Source: a virus
DNA: 64,000 bases
Virus record (IMG/VR): IMGVR_UViG_3300025530_000002
Strand: one strand, 5' to 3'
The notes below the pieces were generated by a model. That model was given only the letters and a program-made list of their open reading frames with translations, was not told where the DNA came from and did not search any database. The translations under genes and the position numbers were made by a program. Positions 15,111 to 21,422 of this stretch are shown here, piece by piece. How positions within the stretch are numbered: the stretch's first letter is position 1; each line of letters begins with the position of its first letter.

Positions 15111-15416
15111 TCAACGGGCGACACGCGTGAGCACGCCGGCGTATCGCACCCAGCGCCAGTCGCTGAACGAGAAGCGCTCGTAGCCGAACAGCCAGCGGTA
15201 GACACGGAACGACAGCGAGAACAGGATGCCGGCAGCCTCTGCCTGCAGCAGGCCGAGGGTCGAGGTGCCGAGGAACACCCACAAGATGGTGCCGTGGATG
15301 AGGAAGTCCAGCACCATGGCGTAGCCCATCAGGCGGCGCACGCTGCGCGGGGAGAAGTGCGAGCACAACAAGGCCATGGAACCGAACGTGATGATGGCGG
15401 CGAGAATCCAGCTCAT
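15111..15416 (-). CDS. Membrane protein (about 3 TM segments)
   Basis: MSWILAAIITFGSMALLC..., VLDFLIHGTILWVFLG..., AAGILFSLSF... Confidence 0.65.
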   Translation of the reverse strand: MSWILAAIITFGSMALLCSHFSPRSVRRLMGYAMVLDFLIHGTILWVFLGTSTLGLLQAEAAGILFSLSFRVYRWLFGYERFSFSDWRWVRYAGVLTRVAR

Positions 15417-15556
15417 TCCAGATACTCCGGATAGTCAGACAACCACGTCGTCACAACGAACGCGGCAACGAAGGCGAGTGCAGCACCCACTGCCCCCCAG
15501 CGAGGGAGGGCAGCGAGCGCAGCCAGGGCAGCGATGATCAGCGCAGCGTACGGCAT
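15413..15556 (-). CDS. Small membrane protein (47 aa, below the ORF-track cutoff)
   Basis: ATG at 15556. MPYAALIIAALAALAALPRWGAVGAALAFVAAFVVTTWLSDYPEYLE. Its stop overlaps the next ATG as ATGA. Confidence 0.55.
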   Translation of the reverse strand: MPYAALIIAALAALAALPRWGAVGAALAFVAAFVVTTWLSDYPEYLE

Positions 15557-15807
15557 GTCGAACTCCACTTCGGGTGGAAGATGCGCTTCCAGAACACGGG
15601 GCGGATGAAGCCGGCGAGTTCGATATGCTCGGCGTGCTGAAGCGCGCGGTCATACGACGAGAACACGTGGTCGAGCTGGAGCCCGAGCTTCGGACTCCAG
15701 CGCACACGCAGCACGTAGCCCGTCGCGTCAGCGCGAGGCACGACGTGCGGCGTACGACCATGCAGGAACCACCGCGTGTGGTCATCGAGGAGAGGCACTT
15801 GACGCAT
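15538..15807 (-). CDS. Hypothetical protein
   Basis: 89-aa ORF with ATG at 15807, 4 nt after the upstream stop. Confidence 0.6.
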   Translation of the reverse strand: MRQVPLLDDHTRWFLHGRTPHVVPRADATGYVLRVRWSPKLGLQLDHVFSSYDRALQHAEHIELAGFIRPVFWKRIFHPKWSSTCRTLR

Positions 15808-15810
15808 GGG

Positions 15811-16002
15811 TTACTCCTTCAGCAGGTCGTCGAGGCGGACAGGGCGGGGCTCGGGGGCCGCGCACAAGGCATCTATCTCGCGCCAGTACTCCTTGAGGTA
15901 CTCGTCGCAGTACGCCCGGCCAGCAGGCGACAGCTCGTGGTACCTGGCCTCGCCATTCATCCACGCGTTGAACTCCACCAGCACGACATCGATCTCGGTC
16001 AC
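15811..16002 (-). CDS. Hypothetical protein
   Basis: GTG at 16002 with GGAG upstream. 63 aa. Confidence 0.55.
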   Translation of the reverse strand: MTEIDVVLVEFNAWMNGEARYHELSPAGRAYCDEYLKEYWREIDALCAAPEPRPVRLDDLLKE

Positions 16003-16017
16003 GACACTAATCTCCAG

Positions 16018-16110
16018 TCAACGTAGCGACATCGCTACACACCTATCGATGAGCCCTTCGCGCGAAGCGCGAAGGGCCTGGTGTTTGAGGGACAGGAAGG
16101 CGGGGCTCAC
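16018..16110 (-). pseudogene. Possible truncated duplicate of the 5' end of CDS 16107..16310 (30 codons)
   Basis: GGAGGTGC-N-GTGAG...TTCCTGTCCCTC (RBS plus the first 8 codons, VSPAFLSL versus VSYAFLSL) is duplicated. Contains a perfect 10-bp-stem palindrome cccttcgcgc-gaa-gcgcgaaggg (16054-16076). Confidence 0.3.
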
Positions 16111-16310
16111 GCCCGCACCTCCGGCTTGACGACGCGCACGTACCAGTAGCGCTTGGACCTGCCGAGCTTGAACTTGGCCACGAGCCCACACTGCGCGCAG
16201 CCGTGCGCAAACTTCGCAGCATCGGACTGCGAGCCGACACGCACGATGCGCAGGTTCTTCTCACGACGCACGACGGTGTGCGGGATGAGGGACAGGAACG
16301 CGTAACTCAC
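16107..16310 (-). CDS. Hypothetical protein (67 aa)
   Basis: GTG at 16310 with GGAGG 7 nt upstream. VSYAFLSLIPHTVVRREKNLRIVRVGSQSDAAKFAHGCAQCG... Confidence 0.55.
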   Translation of the reverse strand: MSYAFLSLIPHTVVRREKNLRIVRVGSQSDAAKFAHGCAQCGLVAKFKLGRSKRYWYVRVVKPEVRA

Positions 16311-16335
16311 GACAGCACCTCCAAGGTCGACGGGC

Positions 16336-16364
16336 AAAAAGAAAAGCCCCGGCAAGCGCCGGGG
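16336..16364 (-). terminator. Rho-independent terminator after the 62-aa gene
   Basis: Minus strand CCCCGGCGCTTGCCGGGG followed by CTTTTCTTTTT, 11 nt after the stop of 16375..16563. Confidence 0.8.
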
Positions 16365-16374
16365 CGATGGGAGG

Positions 16375-16563
16375 TCAGAACAGGTCGGTCACAACGCCGA
16401 TGACAGAGGCGGTGGCAGCGCCGACACCGGCCGCAACGCCCGCAGTGCGCAGGGTCTCCTTGTTGCGCGAGACCGTACGACGCATCTTCGTGTAGGCCTG
16501 CTGAGCCTTCGCAGCCAGCATCTGGGCCGAGGTCTGGACGGGGGCCTTACGCTTCTTGGCCAT
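16375..16563 (-). CDS. Tail-anchored small membrane protein (62 aa), monocistronic unit
   Basis: ATG at 16563 preceded by AGGAG. MAKKRKAPVQTS...TAGVAAGVGAATASVIGVVTDLF: basic N-terminus, hydrophobic C-terminus. Confidence 0.6.
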   Translation of the reverse strand: MAKKRKAPVQTSAQMLAAKAQQAYTKMRRTVSRNKETLRTAGVAAGVGAATASVIGVVTDLF

Positions 16564-16611
16564 GTTCGCAACTCCTGGTTGAGCCAGCGGAATTACTGGC
16601 ATACGCATAGA

Positions 16612-16640
16612 TGCGCCCGAGGAGCGCAGCGACGAGGGCC
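16612..16640 (-). promoter_or_regulatory. 29-bp conserved element, copy 2
   Basis: Identical to 15070..15098. 48 nt upstream of ATG 16563, inside the divergent control region. Confidence 0.6.
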
Positions 16641-16780
16641 CGGGGGATATGGAGTTCCTTCGGAGATCGCGGGAACGCAAAAGCGATCGGCCACGGTGGG
16701 CTGAGCGTTACCCGGGGGTAGGGGGACCCATGTCGCAAGGAGCCTTGTTTTCCTGGACGCAGTTGGGGTACTATTCCCCC

Positions 16781-17077
16781 ATGCCCAGTCCTGCCCAAAC
16801 CAAGTACCGCGTCCGTCGCCGCATGTCGTCCAAAGGACCACGCTCTGCGCGCGCACTACTGCGCTCGTACCTCCGCGAACGTGGGGTGCTGATCAAAGAG
16901 CTGGCCACCGAAGCCTGGGGTGTGAAGGAGCGCACAGGTTTCGAGATCTTCTCCAAGCCCGACCGGCCGCTGGCCGCTGACTACGTCGAGGCGGCGATCA
17001 AATACCTGAACCTGTCGAACGAGGAAGCCCATGAGCTGCGAATCCGAGCCCTCCGTGAAGCCGGCTGGGGCGTCTGA
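16781..17077 (+). CDS. HTH (XRE-like) DNA-binding protein at the head of the rightward operon
   Basis: LRERGVLIKELATEAWGVKERTGFEIFSK is HTH-like. The start is ambiguous (16730, 16781 or 16823); G/C-rich third positions begin near 16800. Confidence 0.55.
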   Translation: MPSPAQTKYRVRRRMSSKGPRSARALLRSYLRERGVLIKELATEAWGVKERTGFEIFSKPDRPLAADYVEAAIKYLNLSNEEAHELRIRALREAGWGV

Positions 17078-17258
17078 GCCCGCCGTCCAGCTGATCGTCG
17101 ATCCAGCGACCGGCACGCACTACTACGTCCCGCGCCCGTTGTTCCAGGACGCCGTCCTGGCCTGGGGCGCCCGGCAGCCGTTCGTAGACTTCGTTCTGGC
17201 GCTGGCGGACCGTCGCCAGGTGCCCGTCCAGCTGGGTCTTCCACTCGCTGTTGTTTGA
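17031..17258 (+). CDS. Hypothetical protein (75 aa)
   Basis: Strong G/C third-position bias. Fills an otherwise 260-nt gap. Overlaps the upstream gene by 47 nt. Confidence 0.45.
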   Translation: MSCESEPSVKPAGASEPAVQLIVDPATGTHYYVPRPLFQDAVLAWGARQPFVDFVLALADRRQVPVQLGLPLAVV

Positions 17259-17341
17259 CGCTATCTTCCCCTCGTCGGCTCCGTCCGTCAGTCTATGCAG
17301 CCACGCCTTCCTTCTTCGTATCCGGTTCCTAGGAGGGAGAG

Positions 17342-17650
17342 ATGACGAACGAGCGACCGGCCTATGGCCACGGCACTGCTGAGCGCTGGATCACCAGTGC
17401 CGTGGCTGTCATTTTGGTCTCTCTTGGCGGCTGGTTCGCCCGTGAGCAGTCGCAGGCGATCAAAGAACAGGCCATCAAGTTCGACGAGCTGAAAGACCGG
17501 TTCATCCGGGTCGAGTCCAAGGTGGAGTCCGTCCACCTGGCCCTGGTCGACATCCCGAACATCAAGATGGAGCTGGTCCGCATGGACCTGCGCCTGCAGC
17601 AGCTTGAGGCCAACAAGCGCGCCAACGAGCGCCGGGAGAGCGAGCGATGA
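17342..17650 (+). CDS. Putative holin or lysis regulator (N-terminal TM plus coiled coil)
   Basis: AGGAGGGAGAG lies just before the ATG. TM segment WITSAVAVILVSLGGWFA. Sits first in the lysis cassette. Confidence 0.45.
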   Translation: MTNERPAYGHGTAERWITSAVAVILVSLGGWFAREQSQAIKEQAIKFDELKDRFIRVESKVESVHLALVDIPNIKMELVRMDLRLQQLEANKRANERRESER

Positions 17651-17889
17651 AGAAGATCAGGCAGTGGCTGGAAGACCGGCTGATTCCGGACTGGAAACAG
17701 GCGTGGCGGTACCGGTCCACGCAGTTCCTGGCCCTGATTTTCCTCATGCCGGACGTGTTCAACGCCCTGGCGACCTACGGCGTGCTCGATCATCTCCCCA
17801 CGCCCGCCGTGGCCACCATCAAGGTGCTGGCGGCGGCAGGGCTGTTCGGGCGTGTGTACAGGCAGAACCGTGAGCGGAAGGGTGCATAA
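17647..17889 (+). CDS. Putative holin (two hydrophobic segments)
   Basis: ATGA overlap with the upstream gene. STQFLALIFLMPDVFNALATYGVL and AVATIKVLAAAGLFG. Lies immediately upstream of the endolysin. Confidence 0.5.
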   Translation: MKKIRQWLEDRLIPDWKQAWRYRSTQFLALIFLMPDVFNALATYGVLDHLPTPAVATIKVLAAAGLFGRVYRQNRERKGA

Positions 17890-17928
17890 AGCGGGGATCA
17901 AGGTCTTGCAGCGCCTGGAGCGTCAGAG

Positions 17929-18507
17929 ATGGCATCAAAGCCGCGTCTGTCCGAAGCCGATTTCGCCCGAGCCGCGCTACAGCTTGGGGTTGACGTTGCC
18001 GCGGTCAAAGCCGTTACCGAAGTCGAGGCCCCCGGCGGCGGTTTCCTCGCCGACGGACGTCCCACGATCCTCTTCGAGCGGCACATCTTCGACCGTGAAA
18101 CCGGTGGTCGGTACCGGTCCCATGTTCCGGATCTGAGTCACCCCACTCCGGGCGGGTACGGGCGCGTCAGTGAGCAGCACGAGCGCCTGGCCCGGGCTGC
18201 GGCGCTCGACCGTACGGCGGCGCTGCGGAGCTGCTCCTGGGGGCGTTTCCAGATCATGGGGTTCAACCACGCGCTGGCCGGCCACCCGACCCTGCAGGGG
18301 TTCGTCAACGCCATGTACCGGTCCGAAGGCGCCCAGCTGGACGCCTTCGTGGCCCTGCTCAAGAACCAGCCAGCCATTGCCAAGGCCCTGCGTGCGCGGG
18401 ACTGGGCAGGCTTCGCACGTTTGTACAACGGCCCTGCCTACGCCAAGAACAAGTACGATACGAAGCTGGCAGCCGCGTACGCGAAACACCTACGATCGAC
18501 GGGGTAA
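17929..18507 (+). CDS. Endolysin, N-acetylmuramidase family (PF11860-like)
   Basis: GRPTILFERHIF...GGYG...SWGRFQIMGFNH...DWAGFARLYNGPAYAKNKYDTKLAAAY matches the conserved muramidase blocks. Confidence 0.85.
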   Translation: MASKPRLSEADFARAALQLGVDVAAVKAVTEVEAPGGGFLADGRPTILFERHIFDRETGGRYRSHVPDLSHPTPGGYGRVSEQHERLARAAALDRTAALRSCSWGRFQIMGFNHALAGHPTLQGFVNAMYRSEGAQLDAFVALLKNQPAIAKALRARDWAGFARLYNGPAYAKNKYDTKLAAAYAKHLRSTG

Positions 18508-18510
18508 GCC

Positions 18511-18912
18511 ATGCTGACGCGTATCGGGATTGTTTTTGCAGCGCTCCTGGCGCTTCTGGCTGGGGTCCAGACCTTGCGGCTGTACTCGACACGGGCGGAG
18601 CTGGAGGCGCTGCGCGCCGGACAGGCGCTGTGTGCCGAGGTCAACCAGCAGCAGACCAGGAAGATCGCCGAACTGGCCGCCTTGAACAACGCGCTGGTGG
18701 CCAGGAACGCAGCCGACCTGGCCAAAGCCCAGGAAGCGGCGTCCGAATACTTGTTGCTGGAGGCCGAGTATGAAGCACTTGCCAAGGAAAACGAGCGCCT
18801 GCGCGAGCAACAGGCCACACACGATCCGGCCATGGCGTCATGGCTGTCTGCTGGCATGGACCACCGTGTGGCTTGCAGCCTGTGGCGCAACCCAGCCCAT
18901 TGTGCGGACTGA
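18511..18912 (+). CDS. i-spanin (Rz-like)
   Basis: N-terminal TM IGIVFAALLALLAGV, a coiled-coil periplasmic domain, and a position directly after the endolysin. Confidence 0.7.
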   Translation: MLTRIGIVFAALLALLAGVQTLRLYSTRAELEALRAGQALCAEVNQQQTRKIAELAALNNALVARNAADLAKAQEAASEYLLLEAEYEALAKENERLREQQATHDPAMASWLSAGMDHRVACSLWRNPAHCAD

Positions 18913-19144
18913 GGTCGTCGAGACCCGTGTCCCGGTCTACGTGCCCCTCGATCCGGCCCTGACGGCCGACCTGCCCGAGCCTGCGCCCCCGGCCTGGCGC
19001 TGTCAGGACGGCGCGGGTCGGCCGTCAGTGTGCAACCGCGACCACGTGAACTACACCGAAGCCCTGCGTACGTGGGGCAGGAAACTGCGTGCGAAGCTCG
19101 AACGTGTCCGAGAACTCCAACCACCCCCTGCAGAACGCCCTTGA
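18770..19144 (+). CDS. o-spanin (Rz1-like lipoprotein), overlapped architecture
   Basis: Starts inside the i-spanin gene in another frame and extends past it. Lipobox WLAAC. Pro-rich mature part. The n-region before the lipobox is unusually long (38 aa). Confidence 0.6.
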   Translation: MKHLPRKTSACASNRPHTIRPWRHGCLLAWTTVWLAACGATQPIVRTEVVETRVPVYVPLDPALTADLPEPAPPAWRCQDGAGRPSVCNRDHVNYTEALRTWGRKLRAKLERVRELQPPPAERP

Positions 19145-19331
19145 GGCGCAATTCCCGCAACTGAGTGGCAAAATCCAGGTGCAGGACTTCACCGAGCGGA
19201 TTTTCGTCACCCTGGACCTGCCCGAGAAAGGCAAGACGACACTGTCTACGCCCCATACCGTGAACGCTGCGGTCGAGCCGTGGCAATATTGGCTGGCCCG
19301 GTTCAGCGAACAGATTCGTCGGAGGCTCTGA
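19089..19331 (+). CDS. Hypothetical protein (80 aa)
   Basis: GTG start. Its stop lies 2 nt before the next ATG. Overlaps the o-spanin 3' end by 56 nt. Confidence 0.4.
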   Translation: MRSSNVSENSNHPLQNALEAQFPQLSGKIQVQDFTERIFVTLDLPEKGKTTLSTPHTVNAAVEPWQYWLARFSEQIRRRL

Positions 19332-19333
19332 TC

Positions 19334-19702
19334 ATGGCGTTCCGTCCTGCATACATCACCCTGCACATCTACCAGGGGCAGACCTTCGACGATGAAGTCA
19401 ATTTCAAGGACGCCAACGGCGATCCGCTCGACTTCACCGACCTGGAGGCCCGTATGCAGGTGCGGCGGGCGGTCCAGGACGACGAGGTGCTGCTGGAGCT
19501 GTCCACCGAGGACGGCACCATCGAGCCTCTGGATGAGACCGGAACCGTGAAGTTCGCCGTAGATGCCGACATTACGGCGAATTTGCCGACAGATAACGTC
19601 CTGCAGACCTGGGTGTACGACCTGGAGCTGTACGGGGCGGGCCGGGTGACCCGGCTGATGGAGGGGTCCGTGGTCGTGTACCCCGAGGTGACGCGTGACT
19701 GA
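19334..19702 (+). CDS. Ig-like fibre/baseplate anchor protein (BppU N-terminal-like pattern, putative)
   Basis: GGAGG lies 8 nt upstream. An all-beta pattern ending in YDLELYGAGRVTRLMEGSVVVYPEVT. Followed by the collagen-like fibre gene. Confidence 0.45.
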   Translation: MAFRPAYITLHIYQGQTFDDEVNFKDANGDPLDFTDLEARMQVRRAVQDDEVLLELSTEDGTIEPLDETGTVKFAVDADITANLPTDNVLQTWVYDLELYGAGRVTRLMEGSVVVYPEVTRD

Positions 19703-20267
19703 GGTCATTCGGGACTCCCGTTGCGCCGTCCAGACCGTCGTCCAGCGCGCGCCGGTCGTCGTGACGGTGCCCGTGACGGCCCGCAAGACAGTCTCCAAGC
19801 CCACTGAGACGGTCGTCAAGACTGTCCTGCCGGTGGAGACGACCAAAATCCTGCGTGAGCGGGTGTATCACGTGGACCGGGGCCCGCCAGGACCGCCTGG
19901 TCCGCCGGGTCCGCCCGGTCCTGCAGGCGGCACGGCCATTGAACTGCCTGCAGGTGAGGTGATCCATGGGCTGCGGGCGGTGCGAGCCACCGCCGGGGCG
20001 CTGTACCACCCCCTGTTGGCCGATCCGGACCACGCCGAGCAGGTCATCGGCATCGCGCTGCAGGCCGGCACCGGTGTCCTGCAGGTCCAGGTCAGCGGGC
20101 TGCTGACCGAGTCCAGTTGGGCCTGGCAGCCTGGGTTGGTGTATTGCGGGGACGGCGGAGTGCTGACACAATCCCCACCTGTGACGGGATGGTTGCTGGC
20201 CGTTGGCCGCGCGATCGCCGCAGATACCATTGAGATCGACATCGACACAGCCGTTTACCGGGGGTAA
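19695..20267 (+). CDS. Collagen-like repeat tail-fibre protein
   Basis: GPPGPPGPPGPPGPAG (nt 19879-19929). The C-terminal beta-rich domain is paralogous to the next gene. Confidence 0.6.
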   Translation: MTEVIRDSRCAVQTVVQRAPVVVTVPVTARKTVSKPTETVVKTVLPVETTKILRERVYHVDRGPPGPPGPPGPPGPAGGTAIELPAGEVIHGLRAVRATAGALYHPLLADPDHAEQVIGIALQAGTGVLQVQVSGLLTESSWAWQPGLVYCGDGGVLTQSPPVTGWLLAVGRAIAADTIEIDIDTAVYRG

Positions 20268-20270
20268 CCC

Positions 20271-20789
20271 ATGGCCGCCAAGCCGCTGCACCTGATCAAC
20301 AACCGCATCACCGAGGTCGAGGCGAACGTTATCTCGCAGGGCGCCACCGACGCCGGGAAGCTGGTGGCGCTGGACGCCTCGGGCAAGCTCGACGTGTCGC
20401 TGCTGCCCACCGGCATCGGCGCCGACGTGGCCGTCATCGAGGCCAGCGAGAGCCTGGCGGCGGGGGACTTCGTCAACATCTACGACGACAGCGGCACGGC
20501 CAAGGTGCGCAAGGCGGACGCCTCGGACCCGGGCAAGCAGGCCCACGGGTTCGTGCTCAGCGCGGTGTCCGCCAGCGCCAACGCGACGGTGTACTTCGAA
20601 GGGGCGAACACCCAGCTGTCGGCGCTGACCCCGGGCACCACCTACGCGCTGGATCACAACACTCCGGGTGACGTGGTGGCGCTGGCCTCGGCGACGACCA
20701 CGCCGGGGCACATCCTGCAGGTGGTCGGGGTGGCGGTGAGCGCCACTACCATCAACGTGGAGCTGGCCAAGCCGATCGTGCGCGGGTGA
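20271..20789 (+). CDS. Fibre-tip / receptor-binding-like protein
   Basis: N-terminus LINNRITEVEANV...GKLVALDASGKLDVSLLP. Both C-termini share a VG-x-A-x-x-x-x-T-I-x-(I/V) block and end in RG (LQVVGVAVSATTINVELAKPIVRG here, LLAVGRAIAADTIEIDIDTAVYRG in 19695..20267). Confidence 0.5.
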   Translation: MAAKPLHLINNRITEVEANVISQGATDAGKLVALDASGKLDVSLLPTGIGADVAVIEASESLAAGDFVNIYDDSGTAKVRKADASDPGKQAHGFVLSAVSASANATVYFEGANTQLSALTPGTTYALDHNTPGDVVALASATTTPGHILQVVGVAVSATTINVELAKPIVRG

Positions 20790-20820
20790 CGCCGGCCCCT
20801 GCGCGGACAGGAGGGCAGCC

Positions 20821-20949
20821 ATGGCGCAGACAGTGAAGTACCGTTACCGCAGTGCCGTCACCGGGCGGTTCGTGAAGGCATGGTACGCCGCCCGGTACCC
20901 CCGCAAGACGGTCCGCGAGCGAGTCAAACCGCTGCAGAAGAAGACGTGA
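20821..20949 (+). CDS. Small basic protein (42 aa, below the ORF-track cutoff)
   Basis: AGGAGGG RBS. MAQTVKYRYRSAVTGRFVKAWYAARYPRKTVRERVKPLQKKT. Its stop overlaps the TerS GTG as GTGA. Confidence 0.5.
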   Translation: MAQTVKYRYRSAVTGRFVKAWYAARYPRKTVRERVKPLQKKT

Positions 20950-21422
20950 ACCCCGAGATCCGCCAGCAGATGACGGTGTGCGGCCTGGACGAGGCCGAAC
21001 AGGCGCTGCTGTACCACGTCGAGGTCCTGCGCCTGCCGGTCAAGCGCGCGGCCGAGGTGGCCGGCGTGTCCAACGGCTATGAGGTCATGCAGCGCCCGCA
21101 CGTGGTGGCTGCGCGCGAGCGCCTGCGCGTAGCCCTGCGCGAGCGGGTCGAGATCACCCGTGAGGACGTGATCGCCGGACTGAAGAAGGCCATCGACCAG
21201 GCGGAGATCCTGGCAGACCCGACCGCCCAGATCGCCGGCTGGCGCGAGATCGCCAAGCTGCTGGGCTACGACAAGACGCCCAACGTCAATATCCACATCC
21301 AGGGCAGCCTGGAGCAGATCCGGCAGCAGTACCGGCAGATGCCGCTGGACCAGCTGATGGCCGAGGCGGGCATGGACGGGGTGATCGACGCGGACTTCGT
21401 GAAGGTGCACGATGGCAGTTGA
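20946..21422 (+). CDS. terS: Terminase small subunit (putative)
   Basis: GTG at 20946. HTH-like LPVKRAAEVAGVSNGYEVM. Position and overlap with TerL. Confidence 0.6.
   Translation: MNPEIRQQMTVCGLDEAEQALLYHVEVLRLPVKRAAEVAGVSNGYEVMQRPHVVAARERLRVALRERVEITREDVIAGLKKAIDQAEILADPTAQIAGWREIAKLLGYDKTPNVNIHIQGSLEQIRQQYRQMPLDQLMAEAGMDGVIDADFVKVHDGS

Noticed and set aside
19334-20789. Diversity-generating retroelement, considered because of the small receptor-binding-like genes with variable-looking C-termini.
   Set aside because: No reverse transcriptase ORF occurs anywhere in the window, and I saw no 100-150-bp template/variable repeat pair by eye. A self dot-plot would settle this.
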